A stretch of 59,544 nucleotides of DNA, filler included, from Catajapyx aquilonaris (lineage: Eukaryota), in NCBI GenBank assembly GCA_000934665.2. It is 3 parts of 3 records of this genome, joined end to end, with 100 filler letters (N's around TTAATTAATTAA, not from the genome) between each part and the next. Parts side by side here need not be neighbours in the genome. Positions count along the whole stretch, not along the records: positions 45,491 to 59,544 come from JYFJ02007900.1; 2 more parts are not named here. The stretch is one strand, 5' to 3'. The notes beneath the pieces are model-generated. The model was not told where the DNA came from. It saw only the letters and a list, made by a program, of their open reading frames with translations, and ran no database searches. Both the position numbers and the translations under genes were made by a program. Shown here in pieces: positions 50,499-59,544 of this stretch (positions are counted from its first letter, which is position 1; each line of letters begins with the position of its first letter).

Positions 50499-50614
50499 AG
50501 CGTGTGCAATTTTCTGGAAGTAACCCTGAAGGATCTTCCTAATCGTACTCCCAGTGGTACCATTGTTACCGCTACGCAGAAACAGCTGGCCAAGTTTCAC
50601 AGGGAAGTCACAAG
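50499..50614 (+). CDS. TNPO3: Transportin-3 penultimate exon (not in the ORF track)
   Basis: tctttcag| acceptor, AG|gtgagc donor; SVCNFLEVTLKDLP...TQKQLAKFHREVT. Confidence 0.9.
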
Positions 50615-50812
50615 GTGAGCACTGCAATTTCTCTCTTTGCTTCGATAGTATAATAATGGCAAGCTGTGCCATGACATTAACGATTTTATTTCAAAATATT
50701 TGAATAAGGAAAGATTTTTTACCTCTCTGATGAAGTGCAGAGAGCTCTAAGAATTGTGCCAATTGGCATACAAGTAGAGCAACATTTTTTAAAAAAATTA
50801 TTGCATTGCATA

Positions 50813-51158
50813 ATAAAATAAAAATATTGGGTAGTGAGGACCTTGCACGGACCTTTATTTTAATCGCAAGCATACAATACATCCTCCTGCTGCAACGCCC
50901 TGGTCCCTGGGCATGGGGGGAAGGGGAGGTTCCCAGGGGAGGGCGCTCTTAAATAGTTTCTAGTCATTTCTGACCCTCTTAAATACCAGGCCTTTTCTCC
51001 TGGCCCTGGGCAGAGAAGGGAGTCCGAATCTGTCCGGACATGTCTGGTGAAAAGTGGAAAAAGACCGGACCAAGCAGAGGTGACAGGGATGGGATTTGAA
51101 CCCCAGACCTCCTGCTTGGCTGGCCAGTAGCATAGCCACTAGACCACCATGCCCACCT
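50813..51158 (-). mobile_element. tRNA-derived SINE, family A
   Basis: Perfect 20-bp TSD AAAAATTATTGCATTGCATA; matches 5458-5790. Confidence 0.9.
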
Positions 51159-52636
51159 AAAAATTATTGCATTGCATAGCACAGGGTGATCAACTCGTTT
51201 ATGACAAGGTCCAGGATTTACCTTTCTGAGGTCAATGAAGGTCTGGACACCCCCTCCCCCCCTCAATTAAAACAAAAAAAAAACACCACCCTACCCTACT
51301 TCACAAATTCACACTTCCGGGAGAAAAGTTGGAGTTTTCCTCCGCACCCACACCCAAACCAACATCGCAAAATCTGTGACAATTTGTGGGCAGGCTTCCA
51401 AATGGTCTTGTGACAGATTGCTATTCTTCACGGGTCCTCCAAACTACCTTTTCCACTCACACCACACAAGAACTGATCACTTGGAAAACCAGCGACTATC
51501 TGCACCAAGACCTCCGAGAAGCCCCTGGGTAGAACCAAAATATGGGAAGAATGGGATAAAAGAAAATGTGGCTGATAGTTTCCGTCCTTTCCCAGTAGTG
51601 GGCCAGTAAATTGATCCCATATCCCATATGGTAGCCTACCCGTTGGGGGATGGGGGTGACTGTTCAAGCAGGGGTCATTTCTTAGAAGTGAAAACATGTG
51701 CAGCAAGGGTAAAGGCCTATCTAGGCAGGACATGTTGCCATTATTGCCAGGTGGTCAAATGTAGCTGTTGCTAAAGAATAAGGAACAGTCTGGTTAGGGG
51801 CGCAACAAGATACAAAAAATAACAGCTTCGAGCAAAATTTCCTATAGCTGAAAACAACCCACGAACTTGGAACGCATGTGACCCATATTGCCACAAAAAG
51901 TAGCTTTACATCACTTCTCTATAATTCCGTCCCATGTTCATAACCATCCGTTACACTTGCTGGTCATGTAAGAAGAGCCACCCGTGGTCTTTTGTGCAAG
52001 AGAGAGTGCCCTAATGCTTTTAAAATAATTTCTCTTGCGCGAAAAATACTTTCCTGCAGGGATTTTCTCAATTTGGCAGTGCTGCAGTCAGATGTGGCAG
52101 TGACATAGCACCACATGCTTTCTAAAGACCTAGGGTGGGTTTTTTGCCCTACTGCGAAGTGTCTGCTAGCAACGTCTTTCTACAAGTCAGGATTCTCTCC
52201 TAAGCTTTCTTATGGATTACTATTGTTATTCGTTTGTTGAGAGTGGTACTACAAAACAGCAGTAGGGCATAAAACCAACCTGTAGGAAACATTCCCAAGC
52301 ATGGGATCCTGTATTTTTAATTGTGCTTATTTCTCCAATTATGTGAACATGACTTCAGGACAGTCCTTTCTGGCAACACAATTTCACAGCCTTTCACATT
52401 TGTATCATTATTGTGATTGAGGTTAAGTTTGTGTAGTACTTGTGGCAGCTGTTACAATTTGGAGGAAACAGTGGAGTCCAGGAAGGAAAGATTTGGATTG
52501 AAATGTGATGGCAACCAATTCACTTCATATTTGATTGCTTACCAAAGAATGAAATAGAAATAGGATTGTGTGCCGGTTCACACTACTTTCTCCCGCCATT
52601 GCATTTCCCAAATTATATGTCTAGCCATGAGCATTA

Positions 52637-53193
52637 AGGTCCATTTCCAAAGAAGCTCCAGCTTGAAAAAGTGAGCTCTGGCGCTCAGCATAGCTGGCGC
52701 TTTGCAGCTAGCTCCCTCAGATCGGTTCCCAAAGATGCTTTGGCTTTCCAGTTAGTGGAAGCCAAAATGACGATCACTATGGAGCGGAGGAGATTGCTCC
52801 TCAGGCTAAAGATCACTCTTTTGAGGTTGCTAATCAGTCTGTCTCTCCTCGCTGCCACCTCCCGCCTCAGCAGGGCCCTCTTCCCCAGCAGCTCCTTCCG
52901 TGACATGCTTCTGGCCATCTTCTTTCTTTCTCCTCTCTCCTTCTTCCCTATGCCCTGGCCTCCCCACCTCCCGCCACCTCCCCACCAAGAACGTCCCATG
53001 TGACCACAGGAAGCCGTGTGGATTGGTCGGAAGGAAGCTCCAGCTCCAGCACTAGCTTGAACTTCGACCGGTGTTCGATGTTGAAGCAAGCTGCTTGAAT
53101 GTCAACTCAACGCTAGAAACATGGGGGCAGCTGGAGCTAAACTGAGTGCCAGAGCTCACTTTTTCAAGCTGAAGCTTCTTTGGAAATTGACCT
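52637..53193. mobile_element. Harbinger-type non-autonomous element
   Basis: TTA TSD, ~60-bp TIR AGGTC.ATTTCCAAAGAAGCT.CAGCTTGAAAAAGTGAGCTCTGGC. Confidence 0.85.
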
Positions 53194-53385
53194 TTATACT
53201 TCCTGGAGCGTGTCATTGGTTGCCCCCACTAGCAATAACATGCATATATGAAAAAAGTAATCTCTGAAAGAAATCTTATATTATAGTGGGGTATATTACA
53301 ATGTTGATTGTTGTTGTTAGAATGACTCTTGTTGTTACTGTGTAATGCAAGCTTTGTGATACTTACCTTCATGTTTATTTTTCAG

Positions 53386-53446
53386 CGCCGAGACAGCTAA
53401 GACTGTGTCTTATGCTCTGCGTGACTTCGTGAGGCTATTTCGATAA
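53386..53446 (+). CDS. TNPO3: Transportin-3 terminal exon (not in the ORF track)
   Basis: tttttcag| acceptor; (S)AETAKTVSYALRDFVRLFR* is the conserved TNPO3 C-terminus. Confidence 0.92.
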
Positions 53447-53638
53447 GTGCTCCAGAAGATTACTAGTACTCTCAGCACAAGGGTTGGTCTATGCACATGT
53501 GCAAACGAAAAACTTAAGTTCTTTAGAATCATGCTGAAACCCTTGACGCAGTGTATGCAGATTGAAATACCTTTATATATATATTCAGAGTGATCTGGAC
53601 ACATCCTGAAGTGAGCCTACACAAGGTATACTTTTTCC

Positions 53639-53644
53639 AATAAA
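53639..53644 (+). terminator. Candidate polyadenylation signal of TNPO3
   Basis: AATAAA about 190 nt after the stop, followed by GT-rich sequence. Confidence 0.5.
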
Positions 53645-54839
53645 AGTTTTTCAAACTGTGGCTTTGAGAGTGGTTATGTGAGAGTGGAACTGATGCCAAA
53701 ATGTTTTAATTCGCACCATTTTTTAACTATTAATTTGTACATTAGTTTTTGTTTTTGAAAATACATTTCAGTTCTAGTTGTTAAGAGTTTTATACAGCCA
53801 TGTGTCCCATCTGCCCTCTTCCATTAGTATGAAGGTGGAGTTCTCTCCAGATTTGTCTTTTTTAGGATGGAATTTTAATTACGCTACCTGCCTAGGGAAA
53901 CACATACAAGGCCAAAGCAATGGCATTGCACTTGCATTTGTTGCCTGCAATGCAAAACTTCGTACCAGGTTCAGATAAAACATTGTGTTCTAAACCTCAG
54001 AAGAAAAAAATTTATTGTTGCAAGCCTGCAAAACCTTGCACTATTTCGACCAGTGTGCCTTCCTTTTTTGACCGGACCTCACTCAGGGTGGATGCTTCCA
54101 TGAGTGTAGAGATGCCAATGCACCTGTGCAGTGGTGCTTATTGCAAGAGGCATCCAAACTAAATGGTGATGATCAAACTATTTGTAGATTTTGGTGTGGT
54201 TTTTTTCAAATTATTTTTCCTTCAGTAAAATTATTACTATTGGAGGTATTTGCATTGCAGATGACATGCAATTTCCCTTCTGTTCACTTTTGCTCTTGCT
54301 ATTTGGGCGCTACTCTAAAACACATTGTTTCTAATGGACGATGTACGTTTTAAAGCCAATAAAGATGCTGTGCCAGATGCCCCATTGCAGGGGCGGTACA
54401 CTACACAATTATACACCCATATGTGTGAGCTCCCTGAAATCATTACCATTGATATTGATTGGAATTGTTGAAATAAAAACTCCTACTGCCCTTGTTGGTT
54501 ATGCTGTACTGCCAGCATTTCTTTGCAACCCTGATACATGTAAGGCTACAGTATTGTCCATCCAAGATGGATGTGAAGGGAGTTCTGAGTCGGAAATATA
54601 CTGATCAGGCCAGTCCATCAATCCCCTTGAAGTCGTACCTGGAGTTACCATTGCGATGGCTGTTTCGATTATATCCCGTAGGTGCTGAAGATGCCAGATA
54701 TTTTCACTGTACAGTACACAATGTTCTTAATGTATCCCCACATAAAAGTCCAGCAGGGTAAGCTCTGAGCTTCTGGGGGACCAAGCATGGGAAACTTCTT
54801 ATTCAAGGCTTTGCACCCAGGCAGGCTGCAATGGGGAGG

Positions 54840-55530
54840 TGCTCAATTCAACATGAGAATGAGCTGGATCCCATTTTCTCTATCCAGGTGTTCAATTTGT
54901 GAAAAGAAAACATAAACCTTAAGCAAGTAGTCCAGGTAAGCAACTCTACTAAAAAATTGTCCTCTCCGTAAAAAAGAAATAGCCTACACCCTACAATATG
55001 GTCACAGACCAGTCCACACCAAACATTCACTTTTGCAGAACCACAAACATGCGAGGGGTGTTTTAAAAAATACCAAACTTTTTCTATATAGACTATTGCT
55101 CAATTTGCAACATTTTAAGCACTGTGCCCTTCAAAGTAGTTCTCTCTACTGGCGATAGACAGTTTTTAATTTTTCCTTTCATTGTTGGAATGCTTCCTGG
55201 AACGCACTTTCTGTGATGACACGCAGTGCTCTTGTCGCATCGTCCTGAATCGCCTCTATGGTTCGGAAATGACGTCATTTCAAATTGGTTTTAAGTTGTG
55301 AATATAGCAAGAAGTCCGGTGGGGCTAAGTCCGGAGAATAGGGTAGATTGGCACAACGGATGTCTAATGTTTTGCCAGATAATGATGACGAGGAGCAATG
55401 TGTGAGCCAGCACATTGCCATGGCACAATATCCAAGTCGTGCTTTCCCACAATTTAGGCCTTTCCTGGGCACAGCATCTCTCAACCGCACTAAAACATTC
55501 TGGTACAACACTCTTTGTCTTCCAATCTGA
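54840..55530 (-). pseudogene. Two adjacent Tc1/mariner transposase relics
   Basis: NVWCGL...IVG..FF and PYSPDLAPPDFLLYSQLK motifs. Confidence 0.7.
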
Positions 55531-55810
55531 CCAGGGTCACCTCCATGAGTGCCTCCCCCACCTAGACAGGGTATTGTCTCTCCGGCATATTGGATCTAAA
55601 TCAGATGGGATCTGCGTGCAGTGAAAAAATGTCCTTGAAAAATTTTTTTGGACGCTTGCCAATTTCCTATCCTCCAGCATGCAATCTAGCTCCAATATGG
55701 ACGCCCCATAAGGACTACGTGGAGACAATACCCTGGTTAGGGTGGGGGAGGCAACCATGTAGGGGACCCTGAATCTGACAACATGGTCCAAATTCATAAA
55801 GAAAAATGGA

Positions 55811-56408
55811 AGGTCAAGGGGTGATAATGATGGATCTTGATGAAATTTAACATGCTAATACAGGACAATATATGATGCCCAAAAATAAAATATTTCGTGC
55901 GGAAGCCCATATTTGCAAAAGTTATGACGTCTTAAAGTTCCAAAAATAATACATTTGCATTCATCATGGGATTACATTAGCGACCACATATAATGACATT
56001 GAAGTGTGTAATCAGTTTCTACACTTTTTCTCATAGGAAAAAAGTCCTACAGAACGGCTCTGTCCGTCCGTCCGTCTGTGGACAGGTATCAAGGCCTAAA
56101 CAGTAAGAGATACAGAGCCGTTATGTAGGACTTTTTTCCGATGAGACAAAGTGTAGAAACTGATTACACACTTCAATGTGGTCTTATATGTGGTCTTATA
56201 TGTGGTCTTATATGTGGTCTTATATGTGGTCTCTAATGTAATCCCATTATGAACTCAATGAAAATGTTGTTTGTCTGGAACTTTAAGACATCATAACTTT
56301 TGCAAATATGCATGGGCCTCCGCATGAAATATATCATTTTTGGGTATCATATATTGTCCTGTATTAGCATGTTTTTCATCAAGATCCGTCATTATCACCC
56401 TGTGACCT
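55811..56408. mobile_element. Long foldback with a DINE-1/HINE-like core
   Basis: ~240-bp inverted arms; central CTGTCCGTCCGTCCGTCTG; 12-bp tandem (TATATGTGGTCT)n at ~56175-56232. Confidence 0.7.
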
Positions 56409-57189
56409 CCCTTGTTAGGTTGCTTTGCTCAGATGAAGGTGATGCAGATAAGACTTTTTGCTCAGTCCAACCATATTCCTCATTTAATTTCTGTGAAAAT
56501 TATGCTCCAATGAAGTCCAATGCCCCTGAAGGCTGATGCATTATTCACTTCCCCATCTGCCCAGCTTAGGTGAAGTTGCTGTTATCTGCCCTACTACTGA
56601 GATTGTGTTCTGTGTGTTCAGTGGGGTTGCCCCAATTAGTGGTGGTCGTGTCTTTTCTGCAGGCAAGTTGACTTAACAATGATGTGTGTCTCCAGAGACA
56701 TCGCCACCTACAGCCAAGAAACCTTCCAATGTCGACGCAGGAACTGGAAGAAGCTGCTACCACTATGGTTTCAAAGGTTGCAAGGTACCAGTATAAGTCT
56801 TGTTCATTATTAGTGACTGATTAATATAGGATGGGCTCCTTCATACTGCTGGCCAACACTTCTGACTGGCTGGTGACAAGGGTAATAAGCTAGAGTTTGT
56901 TTTTTTGACATGGAGTGAAGCGCTTGGTCTCATTTCTTACACCATTTTTAGCAATTTTGAGTTTCAGACTGGGACCCATTTTCTGCAATGAAATCTGCAT
57001 GATTTGTGTCCGTAATTGCATGAAAATAATTGCGTGTCTAATTAGGAAACGTGTCGTGATGTGTAAAGAGTAACATGCTATCGCCATAATTCTTTTACTA
57101 TATTTTTGCTATGGAGCTATTTCTTCATGGGACACAGGGAAAGTTTTTCTCACCCAAGCCACTAGTTCATTATTTCATGTATAGTGGGA

Positions 57190-58830
57190 GCGGTACGCAA
57201 AAACAAAACCGCATTTGATGATAGAAGCAAGCCACTTTGCACACTTGTTCCTAACACCATAAGGTTCAATTTGATCCGCAGTACCCTCAACATTTCCCCG
57301 GAGGATTCAAAATGGCGACCATCTTTTCAAAATGGCCGTCAATATCGAAAAGTGTTACTTTTTGAGGTATTCATGAATGCGGGATGTCGATTTCGCATGA
57401 TTTAAGGTCGCTAAACTCGAATTTGGCCATACCAAGTTGCCATCTTGAATCATTTCGACCCCAGAGGCGCCATTCTCCAAAATGGCGGTTTTTATTGTAT
57501 ACACCTCAAATTGTCCTAGAAGCGAATGTGATGTGTCGATTCCGGGTCATTTCCACATGAGAAGCTCAAATATGAACTGACCTTGGCGACATTTTGTGTC
57601 AATTAGGCCCCACAGCCGCCATTTTCCAAGATGGCGGCCTGATGTATTCTGTAGACTCGGAACTAGTCGAAGCGGTACACAAAAATATGCTGCAAAATCT
57701 TGCAGAAAGCAAGCCACTTTGCACAGACGTTCCATAGACCAAGACGATCAATTTTACCCTCAGCACCCTGAACCCTGACCTTGTGGGGTCAAATGGAGGC
57801 CATTTTTGAAAAAGATAGTCATATTTCTTTTGTAAATTCCCAATTGCCTGTCCATGGCAATGTTGGTGTCATTTCCGCATATTTCGAGGTCGACAAGTCG
57901 ATTGGTAACATGCAGGAGGTCATAAGGTCACTAGATTGTGACCTATGACCTCCATTTTGAAATTACGTACCCTACTGGGCTATATCTAATGATATTTGCG
58001 ACTAAAAGTTGACATGTGAGGTATCGTTCAGATATAATTTGATGTCACTGAAACCGAAAACGACAAAAAAATTCGAAAATTCGGAATCATGCATCCGGTG
58101 ACCTGTGGGGCGCCATATTGGGTTTCAACTTATACCCTTTGGTGGGGATGTGCACCCGTAAGCGAATAGTATTAGACGTGTTTGGTATCCTTGCAGCATA
58201 ATGGGGCCGTCCAGACAGGCCGACCTTAGCCGCGGCTGGCCGCGGCCCTGGCGTCGGCCCCGGCTTGAGGAGCCACGGCTGGCCACGGTACCCGTTCAGA
58301 CGGGCACATATTTTAATAACAGCCACCCGCATTTGTAATAGTGGCCGGTAGTCATGGCAGCGACGAAAAACAAGTGACGCGCAGTATCCGTCGCCGAGGC
58401 CAAGCCGTGGCCAAGCAGCGAGCCAACTTCCAGGAAGTCGGGCAACTCGGCCAACTTCTGAGCCGTGACCTGGCCGTGGCCGTTGCCGTGTGAACCCGTC
58501 GCGGCCTCGACCAGCCGCGGCTGGCCGCGGCTAAGGTTGGCCCGTCTGGACGGCCCCAATAATTCGAGGTCGCTAAGACGATTAGTCATATTCTGAAGGT
58601 CAGAAGGTCACTAGTTTGTGACCTATGGCCGCCATTTTGAAATTATCCTATCGGGAAATGTCTAAAGGTATTTGCATATGATGTGTGGCTTGTGAGGTGT
58701 CGATTACATATAATTTGCTGTCACTGAAACCAAAAATGACACTAAAAATCTCGAATCATGCTTTCTGAGACCAGACAAGCACCATATTGGATATCAACTG
58801 AAGCCCTTAGGTGGGGACCTCGAGGTCTTC
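57190..58830. repeat. Degraded repeat with recurrent CAAAATGGC(G/C)G motifs and ~300-bp direct units
   Basis: 57880-58150 resembles 58562-58820; GCAAGCCACTTTGCACA occurs twice. Confidence 0.55.
58203..58557. mobile_element. GC-rich Harbinger-type MITE
   Basis: GGGGCCGTCCAGAC.GGCC.ACCTTAGCCGCGGC TIR, 3-bp TSD AAT. Confidence 0.87.
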
Positions 58831-59544
58831 ATATATCAATTATTATTTGGTGCTCTGAGAACGGTTGCATACTGGTGCTGTATTTTGCATGAGGTGAGAG
58901 GTTAGCAACTTCCTATCAAGGTGTGCTGTACACTGGTTACGGTAAGGTGGTATCCCCTCACCGGAACCTCCATACACCCCGAAGTGAATTACGGCTTCAA
59001 CTACAGTTCCAGTCCTTCTAATAGTCATCACATGGCCACAAGGAAGTAATTGAAGATGAATAGCTTTAAAAAATAAGCCGTTTAGGGCCTACATGACACC
59101 TAGTCACCATTTGGAAAAATGGCTGACAATTTAGTTACAGGAAAAATCTGACATGGCCTCATATCCAAAACTGTCCATTAGGGTGTTGTCTAAAAGTGTG
59201 CCAAATTTCATGCTTCTATCAGGCTTCTATCATTAAAGGCACAATTGCTTTACCTATCTGCCCTACTATGGGCCTTGTCAACACTTCGGTGAATAAAAGG
59301 CAACATTTAACATTCCTGTTGTGACAATTACACCTATCAAAATAATATCTACCTGGCTGAAACAGACACCCCACTTTGCATATTGTTTCGCAGGACATAA
59401 GTAGCCTGCAATAAATACACAGCAGATAAATCAGGGAATACTACTTGAATGACCCAAAATGGAAAGGGCATAAGTCCACCTTTTGGTCAAAATGACTTTT
59501 TCGCGGAAGGAAACTCTTCAGCATGGAGGGCATAAGATCCAGTA

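Noticed and set aside
56175..56232. CRISPR-like array (also GATTCA repeats 35040-35185 and ~60-bp duplication 33235-33362)
   Set aside because: Tandem repeats without unique spacers, eukaryotic context, no cas genes.

Overview
Eukaryotic, very probably arthropod/insect, genomic DNA; no prokaryotic features. Two identical 100-bp spacers (44 N + TTAATTAATTAA + 44 N) split the window into three segments (1-31219, 31320-45390, 45491-59544) whose adjacency is not guaranteed. Segment 1 holds the 5'/middle part of a minus-strand TBC1D1/TBC1D4 (AS160, Drosophila pollux-like) Rab-GAP gene, with 8 phase-consistent coding exons; its TBC domain lies off the left edge. Segment 2 holds five phase-consistent plus-strand exons of an uncharacterised extracellular protein (FAMeT-like beta domains, polybasic site, TSP1, Ig). 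Segment 3 holds the C-terminal five exons of transportin-3 (TNPO3). Nearly everything else is a dense, nested patchwork of non-autonomous transposons: Tc1/mariner, pogo/Tigger, hAT, PIF/Harbinger, Kolobok-like, piggyBac-like, Sola/Academ/Helentron-like MITEs and foldbacks, at least three tRNA-derived SINE families and a dead RTE LINE. The most unusual structures are a chain of Kolobok-like elements joined end-to-end through shared TTAA sites, foldbacks built from two copies of a single transposon end, a four-level nested insertion, and the orphan TSP1-Ig gene. I cannot demonstrate a new biological system from sequence alone; all family assignments are by eye.
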